A stretch of 32,000 bases of DNA from Xylanibacter ruminicola 23. Lineage in GTDB: Bacteria; Bacteroidota; Bacteroidia; Bacteroidales; Bacteroidaceae. Every line of letters starts with the position of its first letter. Position 1 is the first letter of the stretch. Location of the stretch: the NCBI RefSeq assembly GCF_000025925.1, contig NC_014033.1:690001-722000 (forward strand), given 5' to 3'. The position numbers were made by a program, and so were the translations under genes. Positions 18,626 to 26,437 of the stretch are shown one piece after another. The notes beneath the pieces were generated by a model, which had not been told where the DNA came from, searched no databases, and worked only from the letters and a program-made list of their open reading frames with translations.

Positions 18626-18650
18626 AATACATCAAAAAATATAGAATTTT

Positions 18651-18690
18651 GCCGTCGTAAATGTAAATTTACGGCGGTTTTTTTTGTTTG
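18651..18690 (+). terminator. rho-independent terminator after pepO
   Basis: Imperfect hairpin GCCGTCGTAAAT / ATTTACGGCGG followed by a T9 tract (18678-18685 and onward). Confidence 0.7.
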
Positions 18691-18713
18691 ATTCATTTTT
18701 TTATTTAACTTTG
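18683..18713 (+). promoter_or_regulatory. promoter candidate for the kinase/AAA+/FHA/PP2C operon (TTTG-N19-TAACTTTG)
   Basis: TTTG at 18683-18686 and TAACTTTG at 18706-18713 with a 19-nt spacer. The -7 box ends 30 nt upstream of the ATG at 18744. Confidence 0.55.
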
Positions 18714-18743
18714 CACCTAACTTAAGTTAAAATTCCAACAACG

Positions 18744-19667
18744 ATGAACGATATTACACAAAACCCAGATCGAATAAGCCGAGGTGCCGAGCCGCTTTAT
18801 CGTGAGCACTCTGCACAGCAACCTCAGTATCAGCAAGCCATGCAGGCCAATACGGCTAATGGTATCCAATGTCCTCATTGTGGCGCACTCAACGAAGCCG
18901 AAGCACTTTTCTGTGCCTCGTGCGGCGAGCCTATCGGTATGGCCACCTGTCCCTATTGTGGGGCAGCTGTCGATGCCGACGCCGACTTCTGCGAAAGTTA
19001 CCGTCACTATATCCGCAAGGACGTGTGCTCATTCTGTGGCGCCTATCTGCATGGCGCCGAGGCCTACTGCCCTGAGTGCGGTAATCCGGTGGGTGGTATC
19101 GATTGTCCTGTTTGTGGAACCCATAATGATTTCTCGTTCTGCAAACAGTGTGGTACAGCTCTTACCGAAGAGGCCCGTCTGATGAAGGAGAAGGTGATGG
19201 AGATGCCCGAGTACCAGCAGATGCAGAAACTGGCCGAAGAGTTGCAGAAGTTGGATTTGCAGATGCCTTATGTTACCGAGCAGGATAAGGAGCGCGACCG
19301 TAAGAGTCAGGAGCTGCGCCAGCGCGTACTCATGCTGTTGGCTCAGGATCGTGGTTTGGATCGTGTAGATGCCAACCTGGCCGACCATAAGGTGATGAGT
19401 AAAGACGAATACGACAAGAAGAAGCAGGAACGTATGGATATGCTGTCGCGACTGTTAGACCAGATGGCACAGCTGCCTCAGGAAAAGCCTGCTCAGGTGC
19501 GTAACTATGCTATGGCCTGCAAGCCTCAGGGTGTACGTCTGGCTTGGCAGTGCAACTTTAAGCACGCCCTCCACTCAAGTCCATGCGGATGTGCCAAGCC
19601 GCAGATGGGCGGAAAATGGATTATACTTGGTAAGGGAACAAGAAAAGAAATTAAAGACGATATCTAA
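18744..19667 (+). CDS. multi-zinc-ribbon / coiled-coil protein
   Basis: 307 aa. A Gln-rich N-terminus is followed by four consecutive CxxC(G)...CxxCG ribbons: CPHCG..CASCG; CPYCG..FCES (second half degenerate); CSFCG..CPECG; CPVCG..CKQCG. Then comes a ~130-aa highly charged helical segment and a C-terminal Cys cluster (CKPQ..WQC..SPCGC). Its stop overlaps the kinase start (TAATG). Confidence 0.8.
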   Translation: MNDITQNPDRISRGAEPLYREHSAQQPQYQQAMQANTANGIQCPHCGALNEAEALFCASCGEPIGMATCPYCGAAVDADADFCESYRHYIRKDVCSFCGAYLHGAEAYCPECGNPVGGIDCPVCGTHNDFSFCKQCGTALTEEARLMKEKVMEMPEYQQMQKLAEELQKLDLQMPYVTEQDKERDRKSQELRQRVLMLLAQDRGLDRVDANLADHKVMSKDEYDKKKQERMDMLSRLLDQMAQLPQEKPAQVRNYAMACKPQGVRLAWQCNFKHALHSSPCGCAKPQMGGKWIILGKGTRKEIKDDI

Positions 19668-22600
19668 TGAGTACGGATCGAACTCCACAAAATAAAGTAA
19701 ACGGAAACGAAGAGGTAAACGTAGATAAGACCGTACGTGCAACCAACTTTGATTTCCCACAGAATACTCCTTCAAAGGGTGAGGAGCCCGACAAACCGCT
19801 TGATGGCACCATCCGCATTGATATGCCGAAGATGGAAGCCCCCAAGCCAGCTGCTCCTAAACCACTTGACGGTACCGTGCGTGCACCTGGCCTTAATCAG
19901 CCTATTACACCACGACCTGCAGCGCCTCGTCCTGCAGCTCCACGTCCAGCAGCACCCAAAGCATTGGATGGAACTGTGCGTGCACCCGGCCTTAATCAGC
20001 CGATTACACCGCAATCTGCTGCGCCACGTCCAGCTGCTCCCAAGGCTTTGGATGGCACCGTTCGTGCCCCTGGTATCAACCAGCCCATTGCACCACAGCC
20101 CGTTACCCCACAGCCTGCAGCACCTAAACCTGCAGCACCATCAATGGGTAGTACCGTTCGTGGTGCACAGCCCCAGCCTCAAGCACAGGCTCAGGCTCAG
20201 GTTCGTCCCAACGTCAACATCTCGATTATCTCGTCGGCCAGTAATACCGACCGTGCCAAGAAACAGCGCCTGCAACGTAACCTGATTGATGAGAATATCT
20301 ACACGCTGAAAGGACAGGAGTATCGTCGTGTATCGGTACTGAGCGAGAATACAGGCGAGGCCGAGGTTTTTCTGGTTGAAAAAGACAACAAGGAATATGT
20401 ACTGAAAGTGTACTATCCCAATTTCGATGTGAACCGTAAGATATTGCAGACGGTTCTGAACTTCGACTTTGAGATGGTAGTAAAGGTGTACGACTTTGGT
20501 AAGACCTATGTGGATGGTAAGCACCGTTACTACGAGTTGATGGAGTACCTGCAGGGTGGCTCGATGGCCGAGTTCAATCTGGAAGGCGATATAAACAAGT
20601 TCCGTCGTATAGCTCTTCAGAGTGCTGCAGCCTTGGCTTACTGTCATCAGCTCAGAATTCTGCACAAGGATATCAAACCAGGCAACTTCTTCTTCCGTGA
20701 TAAGGACCATAACCAACTGGTTCTGGGCGACTTCGGTATTTCGAGTATGCTGGAGGAAGACGGTAAGTCGCATAAAACCACCCAGGCCCGTACCCCAATC
20801 TATGCGGCACCCGAAATGTATGCCGACGTAATTGATGGTGTGGTAGAGATTTCGCCAAAGGCCGACTACTACTCTTTGGGTATCAGCTTGATGACGCTGT
20901 GGTTAGGCGAGAGTCCGATGAGTACCAACGAGCGTGTGATGATGCGCCAGAAGAACGAGGGTCGCATACCACGCATGAACGAGTTGCCAGAGCGTATCAA
21001 GCTGCTGGTAATGGGTCTTACGGTGGTTAACCCCATCAACCGTTGGGGTTATGAGCAGGTAGAGCAGTGGTTCTTAGGCGAGAGCCCGAAGGTCGACCTG
21101 TCGTCACCATTCCTGAAGTACCAGAGTTTCGTTGTCGATCCAGAGCGTAACCTGGTGGCCGAGAACGTACAGGAGCTGGTGCCCATGCTGCTGGCCAACG
21201 AGCGCTTGGCTATCGGTTATCTGTATAACGGACGTATCACCCAGTGGTTGGACGCTTGTGGTAACAACAAACTGAGCACCATTGTTAAAGATATCATTTC
21301 CAAGAAATATCCTATCGATCAGCGTGCCGGTTTGATGGCATCGCTGTACGCTATGGACCCTGCCTATCCGTATAAGGATGTGCGTGGAACCAACTGCGAG
21401 GATATCCATGCGGTATGTATCTCGCTGCTGAGTAATCAGGACGAGTATGCCATATCGTTGGCTGCCCCGAACGATAATTTCTACCTTTATGTGGAAACCC
21501 ACACCAGCTGCGATGTTGATCGTTTGCGTTCTTACTTTAAGGAAGTAGACCATAACAATAAGGAGCAGGTACGTGTGGCTATCATGAAGATAGTGCTCGA
21601 GGTTGATCCTGAGATACCATTTATGGTAAAGCATCCATCGGCAGCAATTAACGATATTGTTAGCGCCTTTGGTCATGAAGATATAACCGAAGACGAGTGG
21701 CATAGTCTGACCGACGGACGCTTGCTGGCCTGGATGTACAGTCACGAGGACCAGATGGCGTGCGAGAGTCTGCGCATCATGACGCTGGATCAGCCTTACT
21801 CACGAAACTTGGCTTATAAGGTTCTTTATAACCTGAATCGCGAATCGGCCTATGATCTGGCCGGTGCCTTTACTCCTATACAAGTGGGCGAACTGCTCAA
21901 CGAGCGTTTGCATAAGGCGCAGAACCTTCCTGAGAAGGAGTTCGAGGAGGAGATGAAGGACTTTACTGAACTTGACGGTCGTTTTGCTTACTATGCCCAG
22001 CTGCACGGCTGGACCGAGATGTACAACGAGCATAAGCGCTGCTTCGACTTTAAGAGCGAGGAGAATACCGAACGTATGGGCGCTTATGATGTGAAGACGG
22101 CTGTTTACCGCTTCTGTCGTATCTTAGGCGTTACACCTACCTATATGATGGGCGACGGTATTGAGTACGCCGACGGCCGTAACCTGCAGGCAAAGAAGTT
22201 GCAGGTGTTCCGCAACGAAATCCGCAACGGCTCGATGGGGCAGTGGATGTCGGTGTTCTATCACGAAGACCCCAATGCCGACTTTACGGTAGAGTACTCG
22301 TACGAGCATGCCGTTGAGGACTGGTTGATGGCAATGGGAAAAATCGATCCTTCGCAGCGTTATTATAAGCGCTTTATCGATGCCCGCGACGAAACCCAGC
22401 GCCGTGTGGCCTTTGTAAAGGACAGTTGGAAGCGCGCCAAGACCAAGGAGAAGATCTGGCGTACAGCCTTCTACACCCTGAGCGGTATCTGGTTGGTATT
22501 CGTGCTGATATTCGGCGTTACCAATCCTGAGTATATCCTCACGCATACCTTTATCAGTATCGGTCTGCCTTTGGGTGGAATGACTGGTATGATTGTGGCC

Positions 22601-23119
22601 ACCCGCTCGTTCTTCAAGGGCTACGACTTTATGTTCTCGTTCCTGTGGGGACTGGTGGGCGCGTTTACGTGCTTTATACCTATTATTATATTAAAGTATA
22701 TTGGCGCATCGCACCCCATGCTGTTTAATATCGCCATTATCGTAATCACGCTTATCTACATGCTGGTTTGTCACCTCACAGATTTCCGTGGTAATGAGAA
22801 GGCCGACAGCCGACTGATATCCGAGGTGCTCGAAAACGATATGAAATCGAACTTGATAGAACCGCTGTACTACACCTTCAAGGCCCGTTCGTACAAGTTT
22901 AAGGGATCTAAGTTCGGTTTGCTTAACGATGTTACCGATCAGGTTCGCTCTATCACGGGCGAGAGTGTGCTTCACTACGTGCTGTGGAGCCTGCTGATGC
23001 TGGTATTCGTGGTATCGTTTGTGGTATTCAGCCCATCGATGCTGAACATTGCCAATCCTAACAGTCACATGAAGGAGGCCCCTAAAAGTATTATTAAGAA
23101 AATAGATAGAGACGCATAA
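19667..23119 (+). CDS. membrane-anchored Hanks-type Ser/Thr protein kinase with Pro-rich repeat N-terminus
   Basis: The kinase core spans roughly nt 20300-21110: beta3 Lys in YVLKVY, catalytic loop HKDIKPGN (H333), DFG (D355), and YAAPE. Before it is a ~200-aa disordered repeat region. After it is a ~450-aa region I cannot assign and five hydrophobic helices (nt 22454-23034). Confidence 0.88.
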   Translation: MSTDRTPQNKVNGNEEVNVDKTVRATNFDFPQNTPSKGEEPDKPLDGTIRIDMPKMEAPKPAAPKPLDGTVRAPGLNQPITPRPAAPRPAAPRPAAPKALDGTVRAPGLNQPITPQSAAPRPAAPKALDGTVRAPGINQPIAPQPVTPQPAAPKPAAPSMGSTVRGAQPQPQAQAQAQVRPNVNISIISSASNTDRAKKQRLQRNLIDENIYTLKGQEYRRVSVLSENTGEAEVFLVEKDNKEYVLKVYYPNFDVNRKILQTVLNFDFEMVVKVYDFGKTYVDGKHRYYELMEYLQGGSMAEFNLEGDINKFRRIALQSAAALAYCHQLRILHKDIKPGNFFFRDKDHNQLVLGDFGISSMLEEDGKSHKTTQARTPIYAAPEMYADVIDGVVEISPKADYYSLGISLMTLWLGESPMSTNERVMMRQKNEGRIPRMNELPERIKLLVMGLTVVNPINRWGYEQVEQWFLGESPKVDLSSPFLKYQSFVVDPERNLVAENVQELVPMLLANERLAIGYLYNGRITQWLDACGNNKLSTIVKDIISKKYPIDQRAGLMASLYAMDPAYPYKDVRGTNCEDIHAVCISLLSNQDEYAISLAAPNDNFYLYVETHTSCDVDRLRSYFKEVDHNNKEQVRVAIMKIVLEVDPEIPFMVKHPSAAINDIVSAFGHEDITEDEWHSLTDGRLLAWMYSHEDQMACESLRIMTLDQPYSRNLAYKVLYNLNRESAYDLAGAFTPIQVGELLNERLHKAQNLPEKEFEEEMKDFTELDGRFAYYAQLHGWTEMYNEHKRCFDFKSEENTERMGAYDVKTAVYRFCRILGVTPTYMMGDGIEYADGRNLQAKKLQVFRNEIRNGSMGQWMSVFYHEDPNADFTVEYSYEHAVEDWLMAMGKIDPSQRYYKRFIDARDETQRRVAFVKDSWKRAKTKEKIWRTAFYTLSGIWLVFVLIFGVTNPEYILTHTFISIGLPLGGMTGMIVATRSFFKGYDFMFSFLWGLVGAFTCFIPIIILKYIGASHPMLFNIAIIVITLIYMLVCHLTDFRGNEKADSRLISEVLENDMKSNLIEPLYYTFKARSYKFKGSKFGLLNDVTDQVRSITGESVLHYVLWSLLMLVFVVSFVVFSPSMLNIANPNSHMKEAPKSIIKKIDRDA
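19793..20140 (+). repeat. in-frame tandem protein repeat K[PA]LDGT[VI]R...Pro-rich (4 copies)
   Basis: Copies start at 19793 (KPLDGTIRIDMP..), 19859, 19958 and 20042 (K[PA]LDGTVRAPG[LI]NQPI[TA]P..PAAP). The units are 28-33 aa. They differ mostly at synonymous positions (e.g. cttgacggtacc / ttggatggaact / ttggatggcacc). Confidence 0.9.
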
Positions 23120-23125
23120 TATAAA

Positions 23126-26100
23126 ATGGTTTGTCAGAATTGTCATAAAGAAAACAGAAGCAAAGCAAAGTTCTGCAAGTGGTGCGGACAGCAGCTTGTT
23201 ACTACTGACTTGCTTGATAAGCTGGTTGGCCTCGATGAGGTGAAGAACCAGCTGAAAACCATTGTCGATACCTATACGTTTCTGCGCTCTCGCAAGGATA
23301 TCTCTAAAGCCCGTATCTCGCTCAATGCCATTGTGATTGGTGATACAGGTACGGGTAAGACGTCGCTGGCCGAGATTCTGCGCGATTACTTCTATCAGCA
23401 TAAGATCATCGAGAAACCCCAGCTGATGATGGTAGATGCCGTAGATTACCAGCGATTCGTCGACAAATGGGATGAAAATATCAAGAAAGCAAAGAATGGT
23501 ATATTGTTCTTCGACAATGTGCAGAAGCTTTTGCCCGATAAATACTCTAACCAGGTGAACCCGCTCGACAAGCTGTTTGTTGAGATGGACAAATGGGAGG
23601 ATAACCCCATTGTGATTATATCCGGACTCTCGAAGGGTTTGGAGGACTTCTTGGAGAGCAACCCAGCCGTAGCCAACCGTTTCAAGTATACCTTCCGTAT
23701 GACCACGCCAAACTTCCAGGAGCTTACCGAGATATGTAAGCTGAACCTGCAGTTGAAGTATGGCATACAGGATTTCTCGCCCGAAGCTGATAAACAGTTA
23801 TTGCGTTTCTTTAAATATCAGGTTAAGATTAAGGACGAGACCTTTGGTAACGGACACCTGGCCCATAAAACAGCCGAGAATATCTTTACCCAGTATATCA
23901 GTCGTGGCGCCAATGCCACAAGGGTAGAGTTGAGCGACATCACGGGTTATGTACCCGAGGAGCGCTCGGTTGAGGATATCCTGCGCGATCTGGACAGCTA
24001 CATTGGTATGGACGAGGTTAAGGCCGCCGTAAAAGAGATGGCCTACTCGGTACAGAACGCCATGCAGCGCGCCGAGCGTGGACTGGGCGAGCAGGAGAAA
24101 ATGTCGATGCACATTATTCTTACTGGTAACCCAGGTACAGGTAAAACCACCATTGCCCGTAAGTTGGGCGAAATCCTGGCAGCCATCGGCTATCTGGATA
24201 GCGGTCACGTAGTTGAGGTCGACCGTGCCAAGATGGTAAGTCAGTATCAGGGCGAAACACCTAAGGTGGTTGATGCCCTTTGCGATAAGGCCAAGGGCGG
24301 TATCCTGTTTGTGGATGAGGCCTACACCTTGGCTCCTGTGAGTGCGTCGGGCGATCGTGATGCCCAGGGCGCACAGGCTTTGGAGAAACTGATGAAACGT
24401 ATGGAGGACGATCGCGGACAGTTTATCGTGATTGCCGCTGGTTATCGCACGGAGATGGAGAACCTGTTCCGTGTGAACCCTGGTTTCCGCAGCCGTTTCA
24501 ATTATTTCCTCGATATCAAGGACTACTCGCCAGCCGAGCTGTTCGAGATTATGCAGGTATTTGCCAAGCAGAAAAAGTATATCTTCTCGCCGGATGCCCA
24601 GGTACTTACTCAGAAGATGATCAAGGAGATGTACGATTCGCGCGACAAGGACTTTGCCAACGGTCGTACCATGCGTACGCTCTTCGACCAGATTTGCAAG
24701 AAACAGGCACAGCGCCTGCAGGGGGCAAATATTTCTGCGATGAGCAACGAGGAGCTCATGACCATTGTACGCGACGATATCCCATACGATGCACCACAGA
24801 CCGTAAGCGTCGACGACTGTCTGAAGAAACTCGACGGTTTGGTTGGTCTCTCGGGTGTGAAGAAGGAGATTGCCAACCTGGCAGCCTTCCTGAACCTGCA
24901 GATTGCACGTGGCGAAACCAACACCTTCCAAGGCAAGCACTATGTGTTTACCGGTAACCCTGGTACGGGTAAAACTACCGTAGCCCGTATCATGGCCGAT
25001 ATCTTTAAGACGCTGGGCGTTGTGGCCCGCGGACAACTGGTTGAGGCCGACCGCTCTAAACTGGTGGCAGGCTTCTCGGGTCAGACAGCCATCAAGACCA
25101 ACCAGCTGGTTGATCAGGCTATGGGCGGTGTACTGTTTATCGACGAGGCTTACACGCTGAAGTCGAACGATGGCGACAGCTTTGGCGCTGAGGCTATCGA
25201 CACGCTGCTGAAACGTTTGGAAGATGATCGTGGTAAGTTTATCTGTATCGTGGCTGGTTATACCGACCAGATGCACGACTTTATCGACACCAACCCAGGC
25301 TTGAAGAGTCGCTTTACACAAACCATCCACTTCGACGACTATACGCCCGACGAGCTCACGGAGATCTTCCTGCATCTCGCATCCGGCAAGAACTTCACCG
25401 TCGACGAGGAGACCAAGGCGGCTATTCACCGTATGTTCGAGCAGCTCTATCTGCGCCGCGATAAGAACTTCGGTAATGCCCGTGAGGCACGCCGCATCTT
25501 CAACGAGGCTGTAGAGCGCCAGAGTCAGCGTCTGGTAAAGCAGATGACCAGTCCCGACTTCAAGGAGAGCGACATGTTTGCGCTCACCACCGCCGATCTT
25601 CCCCTGTCGCAGGGCGAGACCGCACGTCCGCTCGATGTGGTGCTCAACGAGCTCGAAGAGTTCATTGGTATGCGCTCAGTCAAGGATTCTATCCGTCGTC
25701 TGGCCGTACAGAGCATGTTCATGAAGCAGCGTGCCGCTATGGGTGCTGGCAGTGTTCAGCAGATGTCGATGAACTTTGTGCTTACGGGTAATCCGGGTAC
25801 AGGTAAGACATCTATTGCCCGCAAGATGGGTGAGATACTCCAGGCCATGGACATTCTGCCTACATCGCGTGTCATCGAGGCCAGTCGTGCTACGTTGGTT
25901 GGTAAGTACATGGGCGAAACACCTAAGATTGTGAACAGCATGTGCGATAAGGCCATGGGCGGTATCCTGTTCATCGACGAGGCTTATACCTTGAGCGATG
26001 GCGGCGACATGTACGGCAAGGAGGCTATCGACACGCTGATGAAACGTATGGAGGACGATCGTGGTAAGTTTGTGGTTATCGCTGCAGGCTATAAGGATAA

Positions 26101-26431
26101 GATGGAGGAGTTCATGATGATGAACGCCGGACTGGCCAGCCGATTCACCCACAAGTTGCACATCGACGACTACGATCCTGATGAGCTGCTGGCTATTTAC
26201 AAGCACATGGCCCAGAAGGAACAGTACCAGTTTACGCCTGAGGCTGAGCTTAAGGCACTCGACAAGATCTATAAGATGGTTCTTACCAAGACCGAGTCGT
26301 GGGGTAATGCCCGCGAGATGCGCAACCTGCTCGATTCTACTATCCAGCACCTGTCGGAGCGCGTATCAGCGCTGCCGGCCGATCAGGTTACAAAGGAAAC
26401 ATATCAGATTATACTACCAGAAGATATTTAA
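23126..26431 (+). CDS. zinc-ribbon protein with four tandem CbbX/SpoVK/EccA-class AAA+ ATPase modules
   Basis: N-terminal ribbon CQNC..(11)..CKWCG. Four modules each open with L[DE]x[LFY][VI]G[LM]xxVK. The Walker A motifs are GDTGTGKTS (aa 72), GNPGTGKTT (334), GNPGTGKTT (610) and GNPGTGKTS (888). The Walker B motifs are ILFFDNVQ (degenerate), ILFVDEAY, VLFIDEAY and ILFIDEAY. Each module also has an NPG[FL].SRF-type motif. Confidence 0.9.
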   Translation: MVCQNCHKENRSKAKFCKWCGQQLVTTDLLDKLVGLDEVKNQLKTIVDTYTFLRSRKDISKARISLNAIVIGDTGTGKTSLAEILRDYFYQHKIIEKPQLMMVDAVDYQRFVDKWDENIKKAKNGILFFDNVQKLLPDKYSNQVNPLDKLFVEMDKWEDNPIVIISGLSKGLEDFLESNPAVANRFKYTFRMTTPNFQELTEICKLNLQLKYGIQDFSPEADKQLLRFFKYQVKIKDETFGNGHLAHKTAENIFTQYISRGANATRVELSDITGYVPEERSVEDILRDLDSYIGMDEVKAAVKEMAYSVQNAMQRAERGLGEQEKMSMHIILTGNPGTGKTTIARKLGEILAAIGYLDSGHVVEVDRAKMVSQYQGETPKVVDALCDKAKGGILFVDEAYTLAPVSASGDRDAQGAQALEKLMKRMEDDRGQFIVIAAGYRTEMENLFRVNPGFRSRFNYFLDIKDYSPAELFEIMQVFAKQKKYIFSPDAQVLTQKMIKEMYDSRDKDFANGRTMRTLFDQICKKQAQRLQGANISAMSNEELMTIVRDDIPYDAPQTVSVDDCLKKLDGLVGLSGVKKEIANLAAFLNLQIARGETNTFQGKHYVFTGNPGTGKTTVARIMADIFKTLGVVARGQLVEADRSKLVAGFSGQTAIKTNQLVDQAMGGVLFIDEAYTLKSNDGDSFGAEAIDTLLKRLEDDRGKFICIVAGYTDQMHDFIDTNPGLKSRFTQTIHFDDYTPDELTEIFLHLASGKNFTVDEETKAAIHRMFEQLYLRRDKNFGNAREARRIFNEAVERQSQRLVKQMTSPDFKESDMFALTTADLPLSQGETARPLDVVLNELEEFIGMRSVKDSIRRLAVQSMFMKQRAAMGAGSVQQMSMNFVLTGNPGTGKTSIARKMGEILQAMDILPTSRVIEASRATLVGKYMGETPKIVNSMCDKAMGGILFIDEAYTLSDGGDMYGKEAIDTLMKRMEDDRGKFVVIAAGYKDKMEEFMMMNAGLASRFTHKLHIDDYDPDELLAIYKHMAQKEQYQFTPEAELKALDKIYKMVLTKTESWGNAREMRNLLDSTIQHLSERVSALPADQVTKETYQIILPEDI
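23213..26428 (+). repeat. four tandem internal AAA+ module duplications (module starts about 23213, 23990, 24830, 25651)
   Basis: The recurrent protein-level motif set has a period of about 260-280 aa. Modules 2-4 are clearly alike at the protein level, and module 1 is divergent. Confidence 0.85.
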
Positions 26432-26437
26432 CGAAAT

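Noticed and set aside
19737-20285. Alternative-frame ORFs over the kinase repeat region (182 aa +, 80 aa -), and likewise 18784..19182 and 18869..19075 over gene 1, and 7157..7516 over infC
   Set aside because: These are open frames in repeat-rich or compositionally biased DNA. The annotated frames contain the recognisable domains, and I see no evidence of frameshifting.
23798-26350. Long antisense ORFs (543 aa at 23798..25429 and 224 aa at 25676..26350) opposite the AAA+ gene
   Set aside because: The sense frame has four complete Walker A/B module sets. The antisense products are low-information, and their periodic similarity simply mirrors the sense-strand module repeats.
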